NCBI GenBank assembly: GCA_018819265.1
Contig: JAHJQI010000085.1
Coordinates: 11,302-75,301, forward strand
Direction of reading: 5' to 3'
Length of the DNA: 64,000 nucleotides
DNA from: Alphaproteobacteria bacterium
Lineage (GTDB): Bacteria; Pseudomonadota; Alphaproteobacteria; Rhizobiales; Hyphomicrobiaceae
The stretch's first letter is position 1, and every line of letters starts with the position of its first letter. Below the pieces are notes generated by a model. That model saw only the letters and a list, made by a program, of their open reading frames with translations. It had not been told where the DNA came from and ran no database searches. Below are positions 45,307 through 54,917 of this stretch, piece after piece. The translations under genes were made by a program, and so were the position numbers.

Positions 45307-46884
45307 ATGACGGTTTCGACCGCCGCCTTCCACAGGCCCGCCGACCGGCCCATGTCGCAGAAGTGGCCGGTGGCCGTCCGCTTTCAGATTGTTGCCTACT
45401 TCACCGTCTGTTTCATCGCTATTTCGACATTGCCGAACTCGATCTGGAATACCGAGGTCCGCGGCTTCGTCTACGTCATCGGAATTCTCGGGATCTGGCG
45501 CTATCTGTGGTGGGCCAACCACTGGCTGCGCGCGATGATCTTCGCCAACCTCACCTATCCCAGGATGCGCGACCGCGCCGCCGCCGTCTGGAAGTCGGGC
45601 TGGCGACCGCGTCACATCCACATCCAGATGACCACGTTTCGCGAGCATCGCGGCATTTCGGAAGCCGTCATCCGCGGCCTCGTCCGCGATATCCGCGAAT
45701 GCGGCGTTCCCGCCACGATCTGGCTCGGCTCCAGCGAAGCCGAGGACGAGCGCCAGATTGCCGAGCACCTGAAATTGGTCGGCAGCGACTGTGATATCGC
45801 CTTGCGCATCATCCGCCAGAACCAGCCCGGCAAGCGCGTAGCTATCGCGCTCATCCTGAGGGCAATGTCGCGGGCGGGCCTTTCCGACGATGACCTCATC
45901 ATCTTCATGGACGGCGACTTCGTCATTCACCCGGGCATGATGCGGCGTTGCTTCCCGCTGTTTGCACTCGATAAGGAACTGCACGCGCTGACCACCGATG
46001 AATATGTCGAGGTGCAGGGGCCGCGCTGGATGCAGACCTGGCTCGACATGCGCTTTTCCCAGCGCCGGCTCGCCATGCAGAGCCACGCGCTTTCGAACCG
46101 TGTGCTGACACTGACCGGCCGCTTTTCGGTGTTTCGCGCCAAACACGTCATGACCAGCGAATTCATCCGGCTGCAGGAGGCGGACTTCCTGAGCCATTGG
46201 CTGTGGGGGACGTTCCGCTTCCTGTCGGGCGACGACAAGTCTTCGTGGTACTGTCTCCTGCGCCAAGGCGTTAAGATGACGTACGTGCCGGACGCTTCCG
46301 GCACCACGATCGAAGTCGTCGAGGGTTCTGGTTATCAGCGCATGGTGGAGAACCTGCGCCGCTGGTCGGGCAACATGCTGCGCAACGGCCAGCGCGCCAT
46401 CGCCCTCGGACCGCACCGCATGCCGTTCTTCATCTGGTGGTGCCTCGTCGACCAGCGCATCGCCATGTGGACCATGCTCTTCTCCCCGCTGCTGGCGATC
46501 GCGGGCACCATCAAGATCGGCCTGCCATTCCTGATATCCTATCTGATCTTCATCGCCGTCACCCGCATGCTCTTGTCGCTGGTGCTGTTCGCCTATGCGC
46601 CGAAAGTCGACCTCGGCTATGTCTGGATGCTTTACGCAAACCAGATCGTGAATGCCGTAGTCAAGGTCTACATGATCTGGCGGCTTGCCAAGCAGAAGTG
46701 GGCAAACCGCGGCAACCAGAAACAGGGCATGGAAAGCCTCGGATGGGTTGCCGTCGCGCGGGAAGGAATGGCGAGTTATTTGACCTGCCTGTCTTTCGGC
46801 AGTGTGTTTCTTATTGTAATGGTTTATACAAAATTGCTCGAAATACCCGGCTGGGCTTTTTTTGCTTCGATATTTTTCCGCTAG
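45307..46884 (+). CDS. alg8: Alg8-like GT2 mannuronan synthase
   Basis: FMDGDF, ALTTDEYVEV, RVLTLTGRFSVFRA, FRFLSGDDKSSW, YVPDA, LRRWSGNMLRN and DQRIAMWT parallel Pseudomonas Alg8 motifs. Confidence 0.88.
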   Translation: MTVSTAAFHRPADRPMSQKWPVAVRFQIVAYFTVCFIAISTLPNSIWNTEVRGFVYVIGILGIWRYLWWANHWLRAMIFANLTYPRMRDRAAAVWKSGWRPRHIHIQMTTFREHRGISEAVIRGLVRDIRECGVPATIWLGSSEAEDERQIAEHLKLVGSDCDIALRIIRQNQPGKRVAIALILRAMSRAGLSDDDLIIFMDGDFVIHPGMMRRCFPLFALDKELHALTTDEYVEVQGPRWMQTWLDMRFSQRRLAMQSHALSNRVLTLTGRFSVFRAKHVMTSEFIRLQEADFLSHWLWGTFRFLSGDDKSSWYCLLRQGVKMTYVPDASGTTIEVVEGSGYQRMVENLRRWSGNMLRNGQRAIALGPHRMPFFIWWCLVDQRIAMWTMLFSPLLAIAGTIKIGLPFLISYLIFIAVTRMLLSLVLFAYAPKVDLGYVWMLYANQIVNAVVKVYMIWRLAKQKWANRGNQKQGMESLGWVAVAREGMASYLTCLSFGSVFLIVMVYTKLLEIPGWAFFASIFFR

Positions 46885-47127
46885 TTCCATAAAATTGGCA
46901 GGACGCGTTTCAGTTTCATCCAATCAATCTCTGGCAGACTCCCTCAGCACACTGATCCTGCAGACAGGGTTCGAAACGATGGTCGTTTTCGAGAGGACAC
47001 GGCCAGCGCGGCATTTGTTGCCCCCAGGGGTTGACCCTGGAAAAATTGACACGCGGGAGCGTCAAGTTAAATGAGCGTATTTGGAAGCGCATCGGCCGTA
47101 TCGGCCAGCAGGTTGGTCGAGGATTTC

Positions 47128-48531
47128 ATGGCGGACGGGAATGCCGCCAACACGTCCGCAACCGATCGTCAGGCCCCCGATCGCGACGTCGTGAAACCAG
47201 CGATCAGCGTTGTCGGACTTGGCTACGTCGGTGCCGTCTCCATGGCTTGCCTGTCGCACCTTGGCTTCCGTATGGTCGGTGTCGACATCGCCAACCGTAA
47301 GGTCGAGATGATAAACACCGGCCGCTCTCCGATTGTCGAGGAACGGCTTGGCGAGTTGCTTGCAGAAGGCGTCGAGGACGGGCTCATCGCCGCCACCGAC
47401 AACCTGGTGGCTGCCGTTCTGCAGACGGACGTCACCTTGATCTCGGTCGGAACGCCGACCGCCGACGACGGCAGCTGTGATCTGACTTTCGTGCGCAAGG
47501 CCTCCCGCGCCATCGGCCAGGCCATCGCCATGAAGTCGTACTACCACGTCGTCGTGTTGCGCTGCTCGGTGCCCCCTGGGACGACCCTCGGCGTCGTCGC
47601 CCACGAAATCGAGAAGGCCTCGGGCAAGAAGCTCGGTCCCGATTTCGGCGTCTGTTTCAACCCGGAATTCCTGCGCGAGGGCGTGGCAGTCGCCGACTTC
47701 TTCGCACCCCCCAAGACAGTCGTCGGCGCCAGCGACTCGCGCGCCGCGTCAACGGTTTCGGCGATCTACGAAGCCGTTGATAGGAATGTGATATTCACGT
47801 CGATTGCCGCCGCGGAGATGGTCAAGTATGTCGACAACGTCTGGCACGCGACGAAGGTCGCCTTCGGCAACGAAGTCGGCCGCATCTGCAAGGAGCTCGA
47901 TATCGACAGCCACGACGTCATGGATATATTCGTGCGTGACACGAAGCTGAACCTCTCGCCCTACTATTTGAAGCCGGGCTTCGCATTTGGCGGTTCCTGC
48001 CTGCCCAAGGAAGTGCGCGCCGTCGGTCATCTCGCCGAGAAGCTGAAGGTCAGCGTCCCGCTGATCGATAGCCTCATGTCCTCGAACCGGTGCCAGGTCG
48101 ACCAGGCCGTCAAGCTGCTCGCACCCTTTGCGGGCAAGCGTATCGGCTTTCTTGGCCTCACCTTCAAGCCCGGTACCGACGACCTGCGCGAAAGCCCGAC
48201 CCTCGACGTGATGGCGGTGCTGCTTGAGCGTGGCGAGACGATTCAGGCCTACGATCCCAATCTGGCCTTCGGTCCTATGCTGCAAGGCCAGATCGATTAC
48301 GTCCGTCATGCCGTGCCGCGTCAGGCCCGCTTGATGGACGAACTCGAACAGCTGACCGTTGCCGATGCCGACGCGCTCGTTGCCGAAAGCGATGTCGTGG
48401 TTGTCAGCCACGCGACCGATTCCTTCCGCGCGGCCCTCGCACGCCGGTCCCCCTCGACTCATGTCATCGATCTGGCGCGGTTGAGCCGGGACATGTCGTC
48501 CAGCCAGACCTACCATGGCATTGCCTGGTAG
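47128..48531 (+). CDS. algD: GDP-mannose 6-dehydrogenase
   Basis: GLGYVGAV...SPIVE, NPEFLREG, EMVKYVDNVWHATKVAFGNE and KLNLSPYYLKPGFAFGGSCLPK (AlgD-type). A GAGGA RBS precedes ATG 47128. Confidence 0.9.
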   Translation: MADGNAANTSATDRQAPDRDVVKPAISVVGLGYVGAVSMACLSHLGFRMVGVDIANRKVEMINTGRSPIVEERLGELLAEGVEDGLIAATDNLVAAVLQTDVTLISVGTPTADDGSCDLTFVRKASRAIGQAIAMKSYYHVVVLRCSVPPGTTLGVVAHEIEKASGKKLGPDFGVCFNPEFLREGVAVADFFAPPKTVVGASDSRAASTVSAIYEAVDRNVIFTSIAAAEMVKYVDNVWHATKVAFGNEVGRICKELDIDSHDVMDIFVRDTKLNLSPYYLKPGFAFGGSCLPKEVRAVGHLAEKLKVSVPLIDSLMSSNRCQVDQAVKLLAPFAGKRIGFLGLTFKPGTDDLRESPTLDVMAVLLERGETIQAYDPNLAFGPMLQGQIDYVRHAVPRQARLMDELEQLTVADADALVAESDVVVVSHATDSFRAALARRSPSTHVIDLARLSRDMSSSQTYHGIAW

Positions 48532-49223
48532 CGTGCGGGTCAGCATCTGAGGGTTGCAGCAAAATCGCAGGCTTTCCGGCCTGTGTTCTTTTTCGTGCCT
48601 GTATCCTATGGTTTGCGGAAATTGTGACTCACCAGATCAAATTCAAATAGAATTGCGGTGCAGACAACAATTTCGTCGGACGGCTCGTTTCAACATCTAC
48701 TCTATATTCGGCACCGGTCGAATTGCGAATCGCATGTCGTGCGAATTCGTCGACGGAATTGAATAATAGCTCGAAAAGAGCGGCAGAGCGTCAAAGACAG
48801 AGAGAGTCAGGACATGGCAGACATCACCAAAAGCGTCGGCGACGGTTCGGCAAACCACAGAAGCCGGCAGCTTCGAACTGCTCGCCTGATCTGATCACCC
48901 GAACCGACGATCAGGGCCGCCGGGCATTCGTCCGGCAGAATCTTTTGCGTCTATTATTGATCCGGATGCCGTTGTCGGCAACGGGCCGGAGGGCTGCAAG
49001 GCCCTCCGGCGTTTCTCTGCCCTCTGAACGTTTTGTTAACCAAGCCGACATTAGCGTCCGCGACGTCAGCGCGCACGGCTGGGGGCACCCAGCAGCGATC
49101 ATGCGCGAAGTTGCGAAATGAACTTGTTCGAATTGCACATTGTCTGAATACGCGATCGCAACGCGCGCCTGCTAACGTTGGTTTATATCGGGGTTTGTAT
49201 CCGGGTTTGCGGTGGAGTTCATT

Positions 49224-51410
49224 GTGGTTAATAGAATCGATGGCACGGCAGGGGACGACATTATAGTCGGTACGGCTGGCGCTGACGAGATCGAGGGCGG
49301 CGCCGGCAGGGACCGCCTCAACGGCGGCGACGGCGATGACATCGTCTCCGGCGGCGATGACAACGATTACGTCTACGGCGACCGTGGCAATGACACCCTC
49401 TACGGCGGCGCCGGCAACGACGCGCTGGTCGGTGATTCCGGCGACGACCTGATCCACGGGCAAGACGGCAACGACGGCGTCTTCGGCGGCGGCAACAACG
49501 ACACCATTTACGGTGGCGCCGGCAACGACACGCTTTACGGCGACGGCGCAAATGACTTCATCGACGGCGGCGCGGACGACGACAAGCTGTTCGGCGGTTC
49601 GGGCAACGATACCCTTGTCTATACCGTGGGCGAAGGCGTCGACCAGCTGACCGGCAACACCGGCATCGATACCGTGCGCGTGGTCATGACCTCGGCCGAT
49701 CTCGACACCGCCCGCGCTGATCTTGGCGACTTCGCGGCTTGGCTCGATGGCCAGATCGCCGCTGCGGGTGGCGAAGCCGCCCACGCCGGCATCAATAACG
49801 GCGAAGGCTTTGCCTTCTCCAGCTTCGGCCTGACGGTGTCGGCCGTAGAGCGGGTCGAACTCATCGTCGACGGTGAGACGGTCGCCCTGCAGGACGCCCT
49901 CAACCAGACCCCGGTAGCAGCGGCCGAACAGACGGTGCTGGTTGCCGAAGACCTTAGCGTTACGGGCGCGGTCGGCGCTTCCGATCCCGACGGCGACCCA
50001 TTGAGCTTTTCGCTGTCCGAGGCACCCGCAAGCGGCGTTATTGAAGTCAACGAGGCAACGGGCGAGTTCACCTATACTCCGAACGGCGATTTTGCCGGAA
50101 GCGACAGCTTCACGGTGCTGATCGATGACGGCCGCGGCGGCACATTCCAGCAAATGGTCAACGTCGGCGTCGAAGCGGTCGCCGATGCGCCGACGCTCTT
50201 TGCGACCGTCAGCGAGGTCGCCGGCACCACGATCGAGGGGACCGGCAGCAGCGAGACGATCCACGGCACGAACGGCGACGACAGCATCAACGGCGGTTCC
50301 GGCAGCGACACGATCTACGGCGATGGCGGCAACGGATCCGGCGTGACCGTCTCGATCGATATCGAAGCGTCCTTGACCGACGCCGACGGCTCCGAAGCGC
50401 TCGGCATCATGATCGACGGCGTACCCGGCGACGCGACCCTGTCGGCAGGAACCGATCTTGGCGGCGGCTCGTGGCAACTGGCCGAAGACGATCTCGACGG
50501 CCTGACGATGACGCTCGCCGAGCCGCAGGATGTCACTCTCACCATCACCGCCACGGCAGCCGAAGCCAATGGCAGCTTCCAGTCCGTCACCCAGGTTCTT
50601 AAGGTTGCGGCGTCCACATTCGGTGGTGATGACGTGATCGCCGGCGGCGCCGGCAACGATGTGATCTATGGCGGCGCAGGCACCGACACGGTCGACTACT
50701 CGGGATCCGGCGGGGGAGTACTTGTGAATCTCGGGCTCGGCCTCGGCTTCGGCGAAGGCATCGATCAGATCTACGGAGTCGAGAATATCAACGGGTCTGG
50801 CGGTTCCGACATTTTGATCGGCAACAGTGGCAACAACGTCATCAACGGTGGTGCTGGCAACGACGTCATCGACGGCGGCAGCGGCATCGATACCGCAAGC
50901 TACGCTGGCGCGGCCTCAGGTGTTGATGTCGACCTGCAATCCGGGCAGGCGGGCGGCGGCGCGGGCAGCGACAAGATCGCGAACATCGAGAACCTTGTCG
51001 GATCCGACCACGCTGACGAATTGAGCGGCGACACTGGTGACAACGTCATTGATGGCGGCGCAGGTGCTGACACGCTCAGTGGAGGTCGCGGTGATGACGT
51101 CCTCGCCGGTGGCGCGGGCGCGGATACGTTCGTGTTCACCAAATCCGACGTCGTCTCCGGCAGCAGTCACTATGGCGTTGACCGCATCACCGATTTTGGC
51201 GCTGGCGACCGCCTCGACTTCGAGGATCTCCTCAATGGCGTCAAGTACGATGAACTCTCCGACGTCATACGCGCAACGACGACGGCAGAGGGCACGTTGT
51301 TGTCGATCGACATAAAGGGCTACAGCGGCTTTGCCGACGTCGTGTTTCTCGAAGGCGTCTTCGATCTCGACCTCGACTATCTCGACGGCAGCGGCCAGCT
51401 GATCGTCTAG
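49224..51410 (+). CDS. RTX Ca2+-binding repeat protein with cadherin/Ig-like domains, paralogue 2 (probable T1SS substrate)
   Basis: Same architecture as 19313-21604, with GGXGXD repeats, NQTPV...VGASDPDGD, LTDADGSEAL and DRITDF. It lies upstream of the T1SS genes. The start could be GTG 49212 or 49224. Confidence 0.87.
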   Translation: MVNRIDGTAGDDIIVGTAGADEIEGGAGRDRLNGGDGDDIVSGGDDNDYVYGDRGNDTLYGGAGNDALVGDSGDDLIHGQDGNDGVFGGGNNDTIYGGAGNDTLYGDGANDFIDGGADDDKLFGGSGNDTLVYTVGEGVDQLTGNTGIDTVRVVMTSADLDTARADLGDFAAWLDGQIAAAGGEAAHAGINNGEGFAFSSFGLTVSAVERVELIVDGETVALQDALNQTPVAAAEQTVLVAEDLSVTGAVGASDPDGDPLSFSLSEAPASGVIEVNEATGEFTYTPNGDFAGSDSFTVLIDDGRGGTFQQMVNVGVEAVADAPTLFATVSEVAGTTIEGTGSSETIHGTNGDDSINGGSGSDTIYGDGGNGSGVTVSIDIEASLTDADGSEALGIMIDGVPGDATLSAGTDLGGGSWQLAEDDLDGLTMTLAEPQDVTLTITATAAEANGSFQSVTQVLKVAASTFGGDDVIAGGAGNDVIYGGAGTDTVDYSGSGGGVLVNLGLGLGFGEGIDQIYGVENINGSGGSDILIGNSGNNVINGGAGNDVIDGGSGIDTASYAGAASGVDVDLQSGQAGGGAGSDKIANIENLVGSDHADELSGDTGDNVIDGGAGADTLSGGRGDDVLAGGAGADTFVFTKSDVVSGSSHYGVDRITDFGAGDRLDFEDLLNGVKYDELSDVIRATTTAEGTLLSIDIKGYSGFADVVFLEGVFDLDLDYLDGSGQLIV

Positions 51411-51498
51411 CCCAACACCGGCTCGCCGAGTGTTGGCAGAAAAAGCCCAACACCGGCTTGCCGAGTGTTGGCAGGAAAAAGCCCAACACCGGCTTGCC
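51411..51498. repeat. Tandem array of the same hairpin family as 39361 (2 full units + 1 partial)
   Basis: CCCAACACCGGCT(C/T)GCCGAGTGTTGGCA units at 51411 and 51446, partial at 51482, with G(G)AAAAAG linkers. The array starts right after the RTX gene TAG (in CTAG). Confidence 0.9.
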
Positions 51499-51646
51499 TC
51501 CGGCACGAGCTTGCGAAGTGTCGGTGCAACCAGATGTTGGTCGAAAGCAGCGTTGGACAAAGGCAGTGCGACCCAATGAATTGGCGGCATCAGGAGCAAT
51601 ATTGAACTCAGCCTGTGTTCGCGGCCCACCAGCCATGCACACCGAC

Positions 51647-51670
51647 GTCATTCCCGCGCAGGCGGGAACC
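51647..51670. repeat. REP-like palindrome of the GTCATTCCCGCG...GCGGGAAT type
   Basis: GTCATTCCCGCGCAGGCGGGAACC, a well-known dispersed proteobacterial palindrome type. Confidence 0.6.
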
Positions 51671-52044
51671 TAAGCGAGCCTGCGGGTTCGTCGAAATTTC
51701 CGATACTGCACGGTATCAGGCAATACCGGCGTGCCGGAGATCAAGCAGAACAGGATCGTACGGGCGCGGATGCGCCGAAGGCATGGGGATCCAAAGCGCC
51801 CGAAAGGAAAACTCTCGTTTTTGGGACGGCGCCTAAGGCTTTGTTGACCAGTGACAAGCCGACAACGCTCGCCGGGTTCGGCGATCGTAAAGGACTTTGG
51901 CTTAGTCTCCTCGTTGTCTGCTCGAGCAATGCCCGCGTGCATCCTCACGCCAGCCTCGCAATCTGCTTGCGCAGACCGGCGCGCTTCTAGGTGGGAAGCC
52001 GGCCGCCACGGTGAAATGAATCGCCTGCAACGGGGACTTGTTAC

Positions 52045-53739
52045 ATGCGTACCTCAAGGCGGATACTCGGCCAGATCCGCCGGGCTGTCTTCGTGGCATT
52101 CCTGTTTTCAGGCTGCATCAATGTCCTGATGCTGGCCATGCCGCTCTACACCTTGCAGATCTTCGAGAACGTGCTTCCCGTCGGCAGCATCGAGACACTG
52201 CTCGTCCTGACGGCGTTGATCGCGGCCGCGATCGCCGCACTCGCCTTGATCGAGATAGCGCGCGACCGGATCATGCTGCGCGCCGCCGTCTGGATCGATC
52301 ACGAGCTTGGCCAGCACATTCTTGAGAACGGTCTGAAGCAACGCGCATGCTCATCGGAGCTGAGGGCCGACGCGCGCGCCTTGATGCGCTTGCGAGCGTG
52401 CCTGACGAGCCCGGCAGTGATGCCGCTGTTTGATGCCCCCTTCGTGCCGCTGTTCCTTTTGATACTCATTGCGCTGCATCCGATGATCGGCCTCGTCGCC
52501 GCCGCCGCCGCCGTCGCCTTGCTGCTGACGGCGCTCGTGCACATCCTCACGACGGCAAAGCTGCACGAGGAATCGGCCCAGTCCAGCGAGCGCGCCGAAC
52601 ACTGGTGGTCGACGGTCGCCGGCAACGGGCAGATGGCCGGAGCCCTTGGCATCGGTCCCGGCGCGACAAACCAGTGGGAGTGGTTCAACCGCGCCCAGAT
52701 CGCCAGTTCCTATTCGCTCGGCAAGCGCTCCGGCACCGTCAAGATCGTGTCCCGCACAGTCCGGCTCAGCGCCCAGTCCGGCGTCTACGGCGTCGGGGCT
52801 TGGCTGGTTGTCGCCGGAGAATTGACCCCGGGCGCGTTGGTCGCATCCGCGATTCTGATTTCGCGCGTCGTCGGTCCGCTCGAACAGCTGGTCGGCTCGA
52901 TCAAGGCGATCCGCACGGCCTGGGTGTCCTACAGTCGTCTCAAGGCGCTGCCCGCCGACGCCGTCGTTCCGGCCCTCGGCGAACGCGACACGGCCCCCCG
53001 CGGCGCCATCGTGCTGTCCCAGGTCGTCGTCCACCATCCCGGCCGCAAGACCGCAGCGCTGCGTGCCGTCAGCCTCGAAATTGCGCCCGGATCGTGCCTG
53101 GCTCTCGTCGGCCCCAACGGTGCCGGCAAGTCGACGCTGGCCGCCGTAATCGCCGGAGCGGTCGTGCCGTCCAGCGGCGCTGCCGATCTCGACGGCGTTC
53201 CCGTGCACAAGTGGCAGCGTTGGGAAGGCCTGCCCCCGGTCGGCTTCGCACCCGATGAGCCGGCGCTGATTGAAGGCACGGTGCATGCGAACATCGCCCG
53301 TTTCCGTGAAGCCAGCCTCATGTCGGTAGGTGCCGCAGCCGTGAAGGCCGGCGTCCACGAAGTCCTTCAACGCCTGCCGGAGGGCTACGACACCAATGCC
53401 GGACCTCAGGGCCGTTACTTGTCGCTGAGCGAGCGCCGCGCGGTTTCGCTTGCCCGCGCGTTGCATGGATTGCCTTGCCTGATCGTCCTCGACGAACCCG
53501 AAGCAGGGCTCGACGGTGCAGGCGTGCGCCGCCTCATCGACACGCTCAATGCCCTAAAGGCGACAGGTGTCGGTCTCGTCATTGCAACCCAGGACCCGCG
53601 CCTCCTCGCCCTCGCCGACAATATCGCGCTACTTGCCGAGGGCAGTCTGGTGTCGCTGCAACCCGCGTCCTCGATGCTCGACTCCTACGAAATGACGCGC
53701 ACCAGACAGCAGCCCGCCGAAGCCGTCGGGCTTCACTGA
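52045..53739 (+). CDS. Type I secretion ABC transporter (PrtD/AprD-like), with a degenerate signature
   Basis: INVLMLAMPLYTLQ, FDAPFVPLFL, Walker A GPNGAGKS and Walker B LIVLDEP. The signature is LSLSE instead of LSGGQ, and the switch is ATQ instead of SH. Confidence 0.88.
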   Translation: MRTSRRILGQIRRAVFVAFLFSGCINVLMLAMPLYTLQIFENVLPVGSIETLLVLTALIAAAIAALALIEIARDRIMLRAAVWIDHELGQHILENGLKQRACSSELRADARALMRLRACLTSPAVMPLFDAPFVPLFLLILIALHPMIGLVAAAAAVALLLTALVHILTTAKLHEESAQSSERAEHWWSTVAGNGQMAGALGIGPGATNQWEWFNRAQIASSYSLGKRSGTVKIVSRTVRLSAQSGVYGVGAWLVVAGELTPGALVASAILISRVVGPLEQLVGSIKAIRTAWVSYSRLKALPADAVVPALGERDTAPRGAIVLSQVVVHHPGRKTAALRAVSLEIAPGSCLALVGPNGAGKSTLAAVIAGAVVPSSGAADLDGVPVHKWQRWEGLPPVGFAPDEPALIEGTVHANIARFREASLMSVGAAAVKAGVHEVLQRLPEGYDTNAGPQGRYLSLSERRAVSLARALHGLPCLIVLDEPEAGLDGAGVRRLIDTLNALKATGVGLVIATQDPRLLALADNIALLAEGSLVSLQPASSMLDSYEMTRTRQQPAEAVGLH

Positions 53740-53754
53740 AATCGAGGAACACCG

Positions 53755-54720
53755 ATGACCGTCAACCTGACGTCGCGCAACAAGTTGAAACGCATTCCGC
53801 GCCTCGATATCCGGGCGCCGGTGCTGTTCGGCTTGAGCATCATCGTGCTGTTCTTCGGCGCCGGCATCGGTGGCGCCGCGATCATGCCGCTTGACCGGGG
53901 CGTCGGCATGTCGGGCCAGTTCATTGTCGAGACCAAGGTCAAATTGGTGCAGCACGAGCGCGGCGGACGCATTGCCGCGATTCATGTTGCCGAAGGTCAG
54001 GAAGTTGCGGAAGGCGACATCGTCGTCACCTTCGATACTTCCGCGCTGATCGAACAGATCGAGGCTCTCAAGGCCCAGGCCGGGGCGTCCTTCCGGCAGC
54101 TCGATCTGGCGCGCCAGGAAGCATCCACCATGAACGATCTTCTCGAAAGGAAGCTGACCCAGCGCTCCCGCGTTCTCGCAATTGAGCGCCAGGTGGCGCA
54201 GATCGAGAAGGAAGTCGCCTCCATCAATGCGCGTGTTGCGGTTGCCGAGCAGGAACTCACGCATGCCGAAGTCCGCTCGCCTGTCTCGGGACGCGTCCTG
54301 ACATTGAAGGTCAACGGTATCGGTGCCGTCGCCGAACCGGGCGGAATATTGATGGAAGTCGTCCCGGCCTCCGACAAGCTCGTCATCGAAGGCCGCCTGC
54401 CGCCCGACAGCATCGAGAACGTCGTCCCCGGCATGGCCGCCAAGGTCTGGCTGCCGGCGTTGAGCTGGCGCGAGCAGCGCCCGCTTGCCGCGAAACTGTC
54501 CTGGGTTTCCCCTGACAGCGTCGAAGACCAGCGCACCGGCGGTCGCTATTTTACTGCACGCCTCGTCCTCGACGAGGCTGCGGCCCGGGAACTGTCAGGC
54601 AAGCTGACGCTGGTTCCCGGCATGCGCGCCGAGATCATGCTTCTGACCGGCAAGCGCACGTTGCTCGACCAAATCGTAAACCCGCTCATGCGTAATATGA
54701 ACCGCGCGTTCCGCAACTGA
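53755..54720 (+). CDS. Type I secretion membrane fusion protein (PrtE/HlyD-like), short
   Basis: TM anchor, VQHERGGRIAAIHVAEGQEV, EVRSPVSGRV, LMEVVP and LVPGMRAEI...GKRTLLD. Confidence 0.9.
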   Translation: MTVNLTSRNKLKRIPRLDIRAPVLFGLSIIVLFFGAGIGGAAIMPLDRGVGMSGQFIVETKVKLVQHERGGRIAAIHVAEGQEVAEGDIVVTFDTSALIEQIEALKAQAGASFRQLDLARQEASTMNDLLERKLTQRSRVLAIERQVAQIEKEVASINARVAVAEQELTHAEVRSPVSGRVLTLKVNGIGAVAEPGGILMEVVPASDKLVIEGRLPPDSIENVVPGMAAKVWLPALSWREQRPLAAKLSWVSPDSVEDQRTGGRYFTARLVLDEAAARELSGKLTLVPGMRAEIMLLTGKRTLLDQIVNPLMRNMNRAFRN

Positions 54721-54725
54721 GCCAA

Positions 54726-54889
54726 CTAGTTCCGGTTCTGACATTTGGTTCCCTTGCGGCACTGTGCAGAGCAAATGTCAGAACCATAAGGAACTAGCAA
54801 ACCTATGATTCTAGTGTAGCTTTTGCATCTAACGTTTGGTCGGTACGCCAGCCGCTTGTGAGGACCAAACGTTAGATGCGCTACACTAG
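54726..54889. repeat. CTAG-bounded double-hairpin element, copy B (inverted relative to A, C and D)
   Basis: Hairpin 54726-54797 (22-bp perfect stem, ATAA bulge), 13-nt spacer CAAACCTATGATT, hairpin 54811-54889 (27-bp perfect stem, TTTT bulge). Confidence 0.9.
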
Positions 54890-54917
54890 AAACAGATGAT
54901 CCGTTAGGCCACATCAA

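Noticed and set aside
47128-48531. UDP-glucose dehydrogenase
   Set aside because: The NVWHATK and KLNLSPYYLKPGFAFGGSCLPK motifs and adjacency to alg8 fit AlgD better.
48813-48893. 26-aa ORF (MADITKSVG...) in the algD-RTX2 gap
   Set aside because: There is a weak RBS but no distinguishing features; insufficient support.
49224-51410. AlgE-type secreted mannuronan epimerase
   Set aside because: No roughly 385-aa parallel beta-helix A-module is visible, only RTX and Ig/cadherin-like segments.
51407-51498. Integron attC sites (RYYYAAC...GTT right after a stop codon)
   Set aside because: Only 15 nt lie between AAC and GTT, so there are no L boxes and the unit is far below attC length. The R' box does not fit GTTRRRY well, and there is no integrase.
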